DNA of 64,000 nt from a virus, in IMG/VR virus record IMGVR_UViG_3300002141_000152, positions 32,001 to 96,000 of that record; one strand, 5' to 3'. Both the position numbers and the translations under genes were made by a program. The notes beneath the pieces are model-generated. The model worked only from the letters and a program-made list of their open reading frames with translations, was not told where the DNA came from and made no database searches. Below, in pieces: positions 50,000 through 59,162 of this stretch (positions are counted from its first letter, which is position 1; every line of letters starts with the position of its first letter).

Positions 50000-50836
50000 T
50001 TATTTATTTGAGATACTATGTGTCACATCCTGAATACGAATATTCCAGATTACCATTAGCTCACGGTGTAAGTCATCAATAAGATGAGGTATATCGCGTT
50101 CACTAAAGAAGTCAAGATTTAGTGAATAAGAATTATGCCGACCACCTCCACCTTCAATTGAATTGATTTGAATATCCTTTGCGCGTAATATCTTTGCTAA
50201 GATCGGTTTAAGATCAACATCGCATCCCTCAGCATTAAAATGGATTAGTGTAGCCACATCAGGTTTTAGGAAACTAGGTCTGAAACCAACGGCTTCATCC
50301 AAAGGATTTGGCCATTCGAGTGGCTCGTCAAAAATATCATTACCATTACAGCTAATAAATGAAAATACTCGACCTAAAAGCCCTGTTAGTGATTGGCGTA
50401 GCTCTTCAAGATTATTTTTGCGATTATAATATAGATCAAACCTTGCAAAAACTCGCATAGCATAATTAGTCACTTCTGACTCATCTTCTTCGTCACCCTG
50501 TTCCCAATGGTCCCCTTCCACCCAATCATCAATATCAATACTACCCGGATCAATAAGACTATTCTCTGGTGTGATCGACCCATCAGCCAACCACCCATTT
50601 AGTAGATCGAGTGCTTCGGTTGAGTTATGCCCTGCTGCCCAACCCCAATCGAATTCAAGTTCAATATGGAATGTTGCATACTGATCTGGATCAAGGTCAA
50701 ACTGAAGTTTAGCATATTCGCTTTGAGAAATTAGACCAGTTTTCAATAAGTCAGCTAATACTTGTAATTGATCTTCTCTCGATGACTGAGGCTCAGAGTT
50801 CTCAAATAGTCCAAGATATTTCTTGATATATTTCAT
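50000..50836 (-). CDS. CTS plus SHOCT-like plus variable domain protein
   Basis: MKYIKKYLGLFE; LADLLKTGLISQSEY. Confidence 0.6.
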   Translation of the reverse strand: MKYIKKYLGLFENSEPQSSREDQLQVLADLLKTGLISQSEYAKLQFDLDPDQYATFHIELEFDWGWAAGHNSTEALDLLNGWLADGSITPENSLIDPGSIDIDDWVEGDHWEQGDEEDESEVTNYAMRVFARFDLYYNRKNNLEELRQSLTGLLGRVFSFISCNGNDIFDEPLEWPNPLDEAVGFRPSFLKPDVATLIHFNAEGCDVDLKPILAKILRAKDIQINSIEGGGGRHNSYSLNLDFFSERDIPHLIDDLHRELMVIWNIRIQDVTHSISNK

Positions 50837-50843
50837 AGTATAA

Positions 50844-51311
50844 TTATTTATTAAGAGAGACATATTTAAAAATAGATTTTGGAAAGGTTTCTATCCATTT
50901 TAATAGTATATCAAGTTGGATGCTTGATCTGAATACGAGGTCAGCCTGTGCCCTGCATCGAAGATCTCGATTCATCTGCATTTCTCCTTCCCAAAAATCG
51001 TCTCCACTCCACGAGTCAACCCGTATTGAATCCGGATCCACAAACGAACCTGCTGGCGGTGCGCTTAGATCACATAATTGCTTAACTAAAAATTCCCGCG
51101 CCTCTTCCGAGGTTCCAGCCTGCTCATATGCCCAGTCCCACCAAAATTCAACCTTGATTTTCTTGCGATCATAAAGTTGAGGTTCAAATTCTGACATGTA
51201 CTTGTGATATTCAAGTTCACTGATTAGTCCAAGACGTAGCAGATCTTCAACTACTTCTCCCTGACTAAGATCATCAGAGTGTACTTCATATAATCTAATA
51301 TGTTTCATCAT
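50844..51311 (-). CDS. CTS plus SHOCT-like protein, paralog of neighbour
   Basis: MKHIRLYE; VEDLLRLGLISELEY; shares EF.W.WA and S..DP.SI.V/ID.W.G with 50000-50836. Confidence 0.6.
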   Translation of the reverse strand: MMKHIRLYEVHSDDLSQGEVVEDLLRLGLISELEYHKYMSEFEPQLYDRKKIKVEFWWDWAYEQAGTSEEAREFLVKQLCDLSAPPAGSFVDPDSIRVDSWSGDDFWEGEMQMNRDLRCRAQADLVFRSSIQLDILLKWIETFPKSIFKYVSLNK

Positions 51312-51424
51312 TACTTTTGAAAATATTTTTTATAATTTCTACTAAAGAATAATTTTCAATATTTTTGTGCAACTAAAATTTCATCAGCTACACCTATTTA
51401 CACTAAATGAAACTTGTCGTTTAC

Positions 51425-51562
51425 TCAGGATTTGATAAAAATTCTGTTATTGCAGAAATTATGTGTTGCTCGAACTGCCTGTTCGTATAGTGCCTGCTCC
51501 TCGATTTGGCGTCTAATTGCTAATTGCTCTGGGCTCTCTGAACCCCAGTTGATAAATGACAT
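51425..51562 (-). pseudogene. Short 45-aa ORF behind a late motif, possibly a truncated gene
   Basis: MSFINWGSESPEQLAIRRQIEEQALYEQAVRA then early stop. Confidence 0.35.
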
Positions 51563-51678
51563 TTAGGTTAGTTATTTTTATTATTTATTTACGCTAAATC
51601 TTATTAAATACTTTATACTAAAAGAATATCTTAGTATCTTATTTGTAGAAATAGGAGTTTGATTCTTCGACCGATTAC

Positions 51679-51790
51679 AAAAGTAGAAACAACGCGTCCC
51701 CAGTTTCTTGTTGACCATGCACAGTCAAAGGATTTATAAGGATGCTAAAAGTAGAAACAACATCTCTGAGTTTCTTGTTCCGTGCATAGG
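51679..51790. repeat. Two imperfect direct repeats, period 68 bp
   Basis: AAAAGTAGAAACAAC-N-AGTTTCTTGTT-N-TGCA at 51679 and 51747. Confidence 0.75.
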
Positions 51791-51863
51791 GAAGGAGTTA
51801 AAGGGGAGTGAGATTGGGTGACGTTTATCTTTTGTAACTCAACAACAAACAGAAAAAGGTGTT

Positions 51864-51944
51864 AGTCAGGTAGTCGCAATTGGTGGCGCTAGTGTAAAAT
51901 CTGTAAAACAGGCACTGCAGCAGGTTCGAATCCTGTCCTGACTA
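51864..51944 (+). tRNA. tRNA-like element with non-canonical anticodon arm (identity unassignable)
   Basis: Acceptor AGTCAGG/CCTGACT; T-arm GCAGG-TTCGAAT-CCTGT; D-loop with TGG; 18-nt loop in place of anticodon loop. Confidence 0.65.
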
Positions 51945-52000
51945 CAAAAAACGATACTTATGTCGATTAATACAAGGGACACTAATACCAAAGAGGCACT

Positions 52001-52339
52001 ATGAACTTATTACTAGGTATACTATATGGGCTAATAGCTCAAGCGCTCACCTTTATACAATTACAGGGACAGTTTAAAATTGACTGGATGAAACACAATA
52101 TTATATGGGTAATGTGTATGGGTATGCCCATATCATTCCTGTACCTCATGTCAGTAAAGCATCTTGTAGATCATTTTGGAGGTCAGCTTTGGCCATCAAG
52201 ACTACTAGGCTTTGCGCTAGGGGCAGTTGTATTTACAATAATGTCCTCGTGGTGGTTTCAAGAGCCACTGTCACTAAAAACGATTATCTGTTTAGGACTT
52301 GCACTGGGTATCATGGTTGTACAACTAACTGTAAAATGA
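52001..52339 (+). CDS. Small 4-TM membrane protein (SMR/DMT-like)
   Basis: Four hydrophobic segments; F.EPLSLKTIICL.L pattern. Confidence 0.6.
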   Translation: MNLLLGILYGLIAQALTFIQLQGQFKIDWMKHNIIWVMCMGMPISFLYLMSVKHLVDHFGGQLWPSRLLGFALGAVVFTIMSSWWFQEPLSLKTIICLGLALGIMVVQLTVK

Positions 52340-52878
52340 AAATACTGGCGATTGCTCTACTTATAACAATTCGGGCATCGGCCGTTCAATACGACCCACT
52401 AGACTCTACTTACTATATTACTCTACCGACTTGTGATATAGTCGCTGACCGGGTGTTTGGGACAGCTAAGGAAAGAGCTGAGTGGAATACACTAAAAGCA
52501 AACGTTAAAAGGGTCTATCCATACTCAATTTGGGTTAAGCTAAAATTAGCCGAGATGGAGGCTCAACTCCATTTTTATGGATCAGAAAAAGAGAAGAACC
52601 TATTTATTGCCAAGTCAGAAAAAGAGCTAATTGCCTCCTTTGAATTGGAGATTAGGGGGTTAACTGTTACACAGGGTAAGATATTAGTAAAGTTAATTGG
52701 GAAAGAGACGGGGTCCACCGCTTATCAAATTATTAGAGAGAGGAGAGGCCGGGTGCCATCGCTGATATGGCAAGGGGTATCCCTCGTATTTGGAGGCAAC
52801 CTAAAAACAGAGTACGATAAAAACAGGGATAAAAATATAGAAGATATTGTTAACTTAATTGAATTAGGATTATTATGA
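52336..52878 (+). CDS. DUF4294-like secreted protein (Bacteroidetes family)
   Basis: Signal peptide MKILAIALL; NVKRVYPY, LTVTQGKILVKLI..ETG, WQ...FG.NLK.EYD, IE.IV. Confidence 0.7.
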   Translation: MKILAIALLITIRASAVQYDPLDSTYYITLPTCDIVADRVFGTAKERAEWNTLKANVKRVYPYSIWVKLKLAEMEAQLHFYGSEKEKNLFIAKSEKELIASFELEIRGLTVTQGKILVKLIGKETGSTAYQIIRERRGRVPSLIWQGVSLVFGGNLKTEYDKNRDKNIEDIVNLIELGLL

Positions 52879-53600
52879 AGACACTAAACTGGTCCGGCCA
52901 CGAATGGATAACCCAAGAGAGGTGGGGAGATCTACACCCCGAAAAACCCTACTGCTGGTATGACCCACATGCCGTGAGTATTGATGCCGATGGCTACCTA
53001 CACTTAAAAACACGCTACAATCCAAAGTGGTTTAACGATAAAGGGCTTTGGAGTAATACTGGAGTAGGACTCGTCTCCTCCACTACTCAATTTAAGTGGG
53101 GAACTTTTGAAATAGAGGCTAAACTACCACGGGGACTAAATTTATGGCCGGCCTTTTGGATGTGGTCTTGGGACTCTTGGCCACCAGAAATTGATGTGTT
53201 TGAAGGCTACTCAGATAAGAATCCAAACTACCTAGACTTATCAAATCTTCTAAAAATTAGAAAGGTAGAATCTAATATTCACTGGCGTGAAGAAGGGAAT
53301 AAGCCAAAAACCTTAGGAGCAAGGAGACACTGGATGGGATTTGGGGATCCAACAAAAAAGTTTATCAAATATAAAATGATATGGCTGCCAGAGTCAATTA
53401 GCATCTACTATAATAATCGACTTGTAAGGCGGGTCAAAGATCTAAAAATACTTGAGCAGTTAAATGCAACAACACTAAATGTCGTTATTAATAATCACGT
53501 AACCCACAAAGCAGACTCTACTTACCGGACTGACCAGCCGGCATCACTGGCTCAAGAGTCAGATTTTGTAATCAAACGATTCCACTACACCAGGCTATGA
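52875..53600 (+). CDS. Glycoside hydrolase family 16
   Basis: WPAFWM...PPEIDVFE catalytic ExDxxE motif. Confidence 0.88.
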   Translation: MKTLNWSGHEWITQERWGDLHPEKPYCWYDPHAVSIDADGYLHLKTRYNPKWFNDKGLWSNTGVGLVSSTTQFKWGTFEIEAKLPRGLNLWPAFWMWSWDSWPPEIDVFEGYSDKNPNYLDLSNLLKIRKVESNIHWREEGNKPKTLGARRHWMGFGDPTKKFIKYKMIWLPESISIYYNNRLVRRVKDLKILEQLNATTLNVVINNHVTHKADSTYRTDQPASLAQESDFVIKRFHYTRL

Positions 53601-53661
53601 AAAAATTATCTTAACTACGATCCCATCGAAGAGCAGAATAAATAACAATAAAAAAGAAATT

Positions 53662-54201
53662 ATGCAACATATTAAATTATTTGAGAATTTCCAGGATTCT
53701 AGCTGGAATGAGTCATTTCGAACTCTTGCAAAATTAGCTAAGCCAATAACTAAAAATCAGTTTATTCGGTGGAATGATGATACATCTCTTCCTGAAGAAG
53801 GCTGGGAAGCCCTAATACAATTCTTTATTAAAGGCGGCGTTATTGATAATAAAGATAGAATAGCAAAGGAACTTGGAGAAGAAAGTAGTCAAGATGTCGT
53901 TGACTTACTTAACCTTGGATTAATTAATTGGGATGATATGCTCGATATACTTGATGTTAATATTATGCTTCTTGAAGGAGAAACTTTTCCAATGGATGTA
54001 ATAATGAATAACCAAATAATGGATTTTTATAATTATGATATATGGAATGCTCCTAATGAAGGTAAACAGATTTATGCTGATCCGGCGGATAATCTTGAAA
54101 TTTTTGCTACTACGATTAATAATGTAAAATTATGCCAAATTCGAATTGATTCGTATAGTGTTATATGCTTTTCTTCCAACTTTGAAAAATATTTAAAATA
54201 G
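53662..54201 (+). CDS. Acidic protein with CTS-like leader and internal SHOCT-like motif
   Basis: MQHIKLFENF; VVDLLNLGLINWDD. Confidence 0.6.
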   Translation: MQHIKLFENFQDSSWNESFRTLAKLAKPITKNQFIRWNDDTSLPEEGWEALIQFFIKGGVIDNKDRIAKELGEESSQDVVDLLNLGLINWDDMLDILDVNIMLLEGETFPMDVIMNNQIMDFYNYDIWNAPNEGKQIYADPADNLEIFATTINNVKLCQIRIDSYSVICFSSNFEKYLK

Positions 54202-54231
54202 AAAATTGATAAATTTTAGAGAGCGGGCAGA

Positions 54232-55707
54232 CTATTTGGTGTCTACATAACCAAGTTCTCTTAAAATATCTTTTTCCTGAGCTATTGCATTTTTTATTTG
54301 AGGTGGCAGTTTTGTAATTGAACTACTTGCACGATGCACCATTTTGAATTTTTGAATAGTTGACGTAAGAATTGACTGTAATTCTGTTTCGGTTAACTCA
54401 CCCAATAACTCTTTTAATACTTGTGCTGAAAACTTAGATAGTACTCCGTATTGTATATAAAAAGTGACTACTTGTTTACGCGACATACCAGATTTTATCC
54501 TACCTCGAATAATAGACAGCACGACTTCCATTATTTTCAGGTTATTTTGCAGGTCTACTAAATAACTATTCTTAAGAATACTGAATAATAATGCTTCTGG
54601 AGTAGATGCATCTATTTTTAAGTCAGTAACTATGTTTTTAATTCCCACCTCATTTTGAAACTCTCCAATTACAGTTGAAACAAGTTTTTCAGGATAACCC
54701 AAGTCAGTCAGATGCTTGGCTGGATCTTCTGACTTTACAATATATTTGTCATTAATATCATGTGAAGTGCGTACCTTTCCACTGTAATAAATCGTTGTAC
54801 CAGTCAGGAAGAGAGGATCACTTGGCTCGATTCCAAAATTAAAAATATTTAGTTGTACTCCATCTCTTGCATAACTCGTAAATGAACCACGATTAATACA
54901 CCAGTTTGCAATAGCACAAAGTTTTTTTTGTGAGTCTTCAGTACGGACACTCAATACTAAATATTGGTCATCTGAGTAAACAATACCGGCTTCGGGTTCA
55001 AGTGCTTCAAGTTCAGCAATTTTTTTACTTAGCCCTAAATTAGAATAACCCTTTACATAATTTGAAGTATAGGCAATCACATCTTTAATAGTCCAGCTAG
55101 TAAACGCTTTAATCTTTTCAAATAATCGGTTAATTGCAGAGGTACCGATGTCTTTTAGCTGAACAGCCAGTGTAATTACCGTTGCCTGTTCTGACTTTGA
55201 CATGGCACGATATTGATCGCGTAGAGGTTTTGGTAAACCATCAATAAACCATTTTGCATCTTTGGCTCTTTCTAGTGTTCTAATTTCATCGGCCATCGCT
55301 TCAAATCCAGTAATGGTAGTACCCTCTTCACTTTTTTGACTCGCATAGTAGTCAATATTGTGTTCTAGCTGCGAAATAATATGTTTTTTATCTTTAATAA
55401 TCGACATCAGTCTATCAAGACTCTTTACCTCATTTTCGTTTGCAGGCTGAGTGATAGCGATCTTCTGTTCAAAGTAGAATCTTAAAAATGCTAAAGTATA
55501 ACCGGGGTGACCCTTAGTAAGATCAAATATTTGTTTTACTACAGGAGAAGAGAGAGCCGTTTTTTCTAGCTCTTCAGAAGAAATCTGAACACCTTCTTCT
55601 CGTTTTTTAGAAATTTTTTTAGAAATTACTGATATCACATATTGTTTCGCTAATTTAGTATTTTCGTTGATTGGTACCCAGTGAGTATATGAAATAATAT
55701 GGCGCAA
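54232..55707 (-). CDS. Hypothetical protein with CTS-like leader
   Basis: MRHIISYTHWVPINE; LC...NWCI motif; late motif at 55725-55732. Confidence 0.6.
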   Translation of the reverse strand: MRHIISYTHWVPINENTKLAKQYVISVISKKISKKREEGVQISSEELEKTALSSPVVKQIFDLTKGHPGYTLAFLRFYFEQKIAITQPANENEVKSLDRLMSIIKDKKHIISQLEHNIDYYASQKSEEGTTITGFEAMADEIRTLERAKDAKWFIDGLPKPLRDQYRAMSKSEQATVITLAVQLKDIGTSAINRLFEKIKAFTSWTIKDVIAYTSNYVKGYSNLGLSKKIAELEALEPEAGIVYSDDQYLVLSVRTEDSQKKLCAIANWCINRGSFTSYARDGVQLNIFNFGIEPSDPLFLTGTTIYYSGKVRTSHDINDKYIVKSEDPAKHLTDLGYPEKLVSTVIGEFQNEVGIKNIVTDLKIDASTPEALLFSILKNSYLVDLQNNLKIMEVVLSIIRGRIKSGMSRKQVVTFYIQYGVLSKFSAQVLKELLGELTETELQSILTSTIQKFKMVHRASSSITKLPPQIKNAIAQEKDILRELGYVDTK

Positions 55708-55773
55708 TATATCTGTTTTTTTAATTATTTATTTACTACTATCCCATCGAAGAGCAGAATAAATAACTATACC

Positions 55774-56130
55774 ATGGTAGAAGACGGGAAAAATAGAGCA
55801 AAGACCTTTAGCAAGTTCTTGTGTGAGCACGAGCAGCTTAATAAAGGTCAATTTGGTTTTGGTGAATCACCAAAACCAAAACGAGAAATTCACCACCAAC
55901 TGCTGGCCAGAGCTAGGCAGGACGGACTCATATCAGATTTACATTATGGTGATAAGAGAATTAGACAAATTGCTATTGAATTAGCTGACGAGTTTGAAAA
56001 GATGGAAGAACCGGCTAGACAATCAAATAGAGACCTATTTTTAGCTATGTTCTACGAAAGAATACCTCGATGGGCATGGGGTGCACCTACCAACTCTACC
56101 CTAATGCAGTACGGGTTAAGGAAATCATAA
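55774..56130 (+). CDS. Hypothetical protein with CTS-like peptide
   Basis: Start corrected to MVEDG; AKTFSKFLCEHE. Confidence 0.55.
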   Translation: MVEDGKNRAKTFSKFLCEHEQLNKGQFGFGESPKPKREIHHQLLARARQDGLISDLHYGDKRIRQIAIELADEFEKMEEPARQSNRDLFLAMFYERIPRWAWGAPTNSTLMQYGLRKS

Positions 56131-56213
56131 ATTAGTGGAAGAGGTCAATCACAGAAACTTTTAATATTGGCTAAATTGAGATATAGTCAACTATAAAATA
56201 CAAAAAAGAAATT

Positions 56214-56684
56214 ATGAAACATATTAAATTATTTGAAACCTTTGAATTAAGGCCATACAATATTGTTCTAAAGATAACATCAAACTTTACTAGTAATTAT
56301 AAAAATTATGAACCTTGGCGTTCAGAATTGCTATATGACGCAAAAATAGATGGAGATAATGTTTTATATCACCCAGGATACTTTTACGAAAATAAAAAAG
56401 AGTTTATGCTTGGATGGACATCAGAGAATAAAAACACCGAAAGGGACCAAATTATAATGAGGATATTACCAGGCAATAGGTTAAGGTATCGTATATATGT
56501 TGGTAAGAATATTTGGGACACAAGCACCACACCCGCTAATTCCAGAAAAGATGCTCCAAACCAGTATAAAAAGTCTAGAGATGATGAAAAAAGTCATTCT
56601 TACCAGTATCATGGATCATTTAAAAAGTTAGAAAAAGGATCCACAGATGATAGAGGTTACTTTATTATAGAGGACATAGAATAA
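56214..56684 (+). CDS. Hypothetical protein with CTS-like leader
   Basis: MKHIKLFETFE. Confidence 0.6.
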   Translation: MKHIKLFETFELRPYNIVLKITSNFTSNYKNYEPWRSELLYDAKIDGDNVLYHPGYFYENKKEFMLGWTSENKNTERDQIIMRILPGNRLRYRIYVGKNIWDTSTTPANSRKDAPNQYKKSRDDEKSHSYQYHGSFKKLEKGSTDDRGYFIIEDIE

Positions 56685-56899
56685 AATTATAATATGGAAG
56701 TTCGCGATCACACCTAATACTATTACACTTAATCCTACACTCAACGCTGGGTAGACTAAACCAATTCTTAAAGTCAGTCGAGATTGGTTTTAGAAGTGAC
56801 TCTCCAGAAGACTCATCTCTACTATAAAATAAATACAATAGGTGAAACTTTCTTAATTGAAGATACTAAGCAGTCTTGTCCAAGGAAGTTTTAGGTGCA

Positions 56900-57247
56900 T
56901 TAAATATCGGGATTAATTGGCATCGGTAATTCAATACCAATTCGTTTACCAGGTAGTACTTCAGCAACCTTGTCAAAAAATAGTGTGTTCGCCTTTACAA
57001 AATCTTCAGCATACACTGATGCTAAAATTGTTCCTTTTGCAGTGTCAGTTAATTTAATATATGTCGCAAATTGGTCTTTCCAAACACAAACCTTATATGG
57101 GGTGTTGGTTCCTGTTCCACCCGTTCCTGTACTACTATTACATAACGGATTTTGAGATGTCGGCTGTTGTTTAGTAGGTTGTGCTGCCGGCTGACTCTCT
57201 TCATGTAGGTTAGTTTCGTTGATCCACTGCTTAAATGACTTAATCAT
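56900..57247 (-). CDS. Hypothetical protein with CTS-like leader
   Basis: Start corrected to MIKSFKQWINETNL. Confidence 0.6.
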   Translation of the reverse strand: MIKSFKQWINETNLHEESQPAAQPTKQQPTSQNPLCNSSTGTGGTGTNTPYKVCVWKDQFATYIKLTDTAKGTILASVYAEDFVKANTLFFDKVAEVLPGKRIGIELPMPINPDI

Positions 57248-57347
57248 AATAATATAATATTTTAATTTATTTATAAATACTTCGATATTCAAAAAACAAA
57301 AACCTCACCTGTATTAGAGAGTGGGGTGCCACTAGTTATTAATTTTT

Positions 57348-57890
57348 TTATTCGTATCCATTTTTCATTTTTATTAAAAATATATAATCACTACCTTCTT
57401 CACCAATGTATTCAATTGTTGTTTTCATAAACGTTTTATGACGCCCATTATTTGAAAAATTTAATAAATTACTATTTTCAATTTTGTTTGTTAGGTAATT
57501 TGTAAGTTCATCAAGGTCTTTAGTTTTTTTCTCAAGTTCACTTGATATTTCTTCAGGGAAACTATGTGAATTTTTATAAATTGCTAACTTCATTTTGTAT
57601 TCCGATATTGAGTCACTGTCGTTTGTTATTTTTACGGAATCAGGAACAAGATACCTGTCTAGTCGAACATCTTTTAGATGTTCGACCATTACACTTTTTT
57701 TACGTTCTTCTTCTTGTTTTTTATTTTCTATCCTATTCTTCTCATCATCTTCCGTGTGTCTATTGTTCCAGGCATCGCCAAGATATTTTTGTTGGTCTAA
57801 CCATGTTTGGTTATCCTCATTCAGTAAACCAACCTTTCTTTGTTCATATAGGTTAGTTTCGTTGATCCACTGCTTAAATGACTTAATCAT
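57348..57890 (-). CDS. Hypothetical protein with CTS-like leader
   Basis: MIKSFKQWINETNL, same leader as neighbour. Confidence 0.6.
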   Translation of the reverse strand: MIKSFKQWINETNLYEQRKVGLLNEDNQTWLDQQKYLGDAWNNRHTEDDEKNRIENKKQEEERKKSVMVEHLKDVRLDRYLVPDSVKITNDSDSISEYKMKLAIYKNSHSFPEEISSELEKKTKDLDELTNYLTNKIENSNLLNFSNNGRHKTFMKTTIEYIGEEGSDYIFLIKMKNGYE

Positions 57891-58212
57891 AACACTAATA
57901 TTTTAATTTATTTATCACTCCCACTCGGCCACTAACTAATAAAATAGAGAAGGTAAAGTGGCAGACAGCCCTAATAATTCTACTACTCATATTATTATCA
58001 ACGCTAGAGAGACTACACTAGACCAGAGTCACCCAGCTAGAAGAGACTCGGTAGAACCACCTAGTAGCAGCCAAGTCAGGTACCTTCACTACGGAGTCCC
58101 GGCTACCAAGAGACCGACTAGACCTAGGAGACCCGACACCGAAGGTTACACCTCCACTACGGAGTCCAGTGACCAGACACTAGTCGGCCATTGACCAGTC
58201 ACCATACCAGGA

Positions 58213-58290
58213 GTCGCCAACCCTAATACGAGACGGTGGCCAACCTCAATACGAGAAGTCGCCAACCTCAATACCTGGCAGCGCCCTAAT
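58213..58290 (+). repeat. Iteron-like tandem repeats, period 22-23 bp
   Basis: GCCAACC(CT/TC)AATAC at 58216, 58239, 58261, plus partial fourth copy. Confidence 0.8.
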
Positions 58291-58456
58291 TTGTAATGCA
58301 AAGCGCGGGCGTCCGCCTACTTTCACTACGGAGTCCCAAGAAAAACGCGTGCCACCGACTATCAACACTTGCCACCTGTGGCATGTTGCTACCAGGTGCT
58401 ACTCTTTCCAGATTGTGGCATGCTCGGCGGGATAAATAAAAAGAAAGAAGTAACTT

Positions 58457-59146
58457 ATGTACGCAAACGAAGCAATCGACTTGCTGGGGTGCAGCTATAA
58501 CGGCCTACGTAAGTGGGGCAGCCGTGGCAAGATACGCCGGTGGAAGGACGACCATGGCAAGTGGATCTATAACGACGATGACGTCTGGTCGATGATCGGC
58601 AAGCGGGTCTCAAAAGAAAGCCTGACGACCATCTACTGTCGAGTAGCCGGGACTACGGAGTCCGACCGCAAGGTCATGGCCGAGCAGCAGCGGATACTCC
58701 ACCAATGGTGCTCTGCTCGTGGACTCTCAGTAGACAGGCAGTACGAGGACTGGGCCCCATCTACGGAGTACTCCCTGGAGGAGAGACCTGGTCTGCACCT
58801 CTTGCTACAGGATATAATTCAAAAGCGTGTCTCCGCCGTGGTGGTCGAGACTCCTGACAGGCTGGCTCGTATTGGTCGAGAGTTGATCGAACAGCTCTGC
58901 CGTTACTACGGAGTCCAGCTCGTGTATGTAAATAGGGTGATTCAAAAACCCGAGTACCTAGCCGAGCAGGAGGCAGATATTCTCAGGCTCCTAAAGAAGG
59001 CCAAGATTGAGAGACTAGCTGAGGTTGGTGTCGAGACCCTGCCTAGACCAAAGAAGGTAAAGTTAAAGGATCCAGGCAAGATTGTGCCGACTTGGGAGGG
59101 TGAACCCTTACCTGCTAATTCGCGAGACTTGAGTGACTTGATATAA
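58457..59146 (+). CDS. IS607-TnpA-like MerR-HTH plus serine-recombinase-fold protein lacking the catalytic Ser
   Basis: EAIDLLGCSYNGLRKW...GKI; IYCRVAG (canonical YARVS); RPGL..LL; VVVETPDRLARIG. Confidence 0.82.
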   Translation: MYANEAIDLLGCSYNGLRKWGSRGKIRRWKDDHGKWIYNDDDVWSMIGKRVSKESLTTIYCRVAGTTESDRKVMAEQQRILHQWCSARGLSVDRQYEDWAPSTEYSLEERPGLHLLLQDIIQKRVSAVVVETPDRLARIGRELIEQLCRYYGVQLVYVNRVIQKPEYLAEQEADILRLLKKAKIERLAEVGVETLPRPKKVKLKDPGKIVPTWEGEPLPANSRDLSDLI

Positions 59147-59162
59147 TTCAATTTTGGAGAAA

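Noticed and set aside
51679-51790. CRISPR-like repeats with 68-bp period
   Set aside because: Only two imperfect copies, with variation inside the repeat; kept as an unexplained repeat.
56755-56795. Inverted repeat CTAAACCAAT...ATTGGTTTTAG
   Set aside because: Lies between convergent genes and is most simply a terminator-like hairpin; no further support.
57958-58194. 78-aa ORF in the repeat island
   Set aside because: Low-complexity translation of repeat DNA with the 11-mer in different frames; probably non-coding.
58213-58290. Possible mini-CRISPR array
   Set aside because: Units are near-contiguous 22-23-bp tandem repeats with no spacer-length unique sequence, and no cas genes are in the window.
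58457-59146. Active IS607 element
   Set aside because: No tnpB, catalytic Ser absent, no recognisable element ends, and the gene uses a phage late-type promoter.
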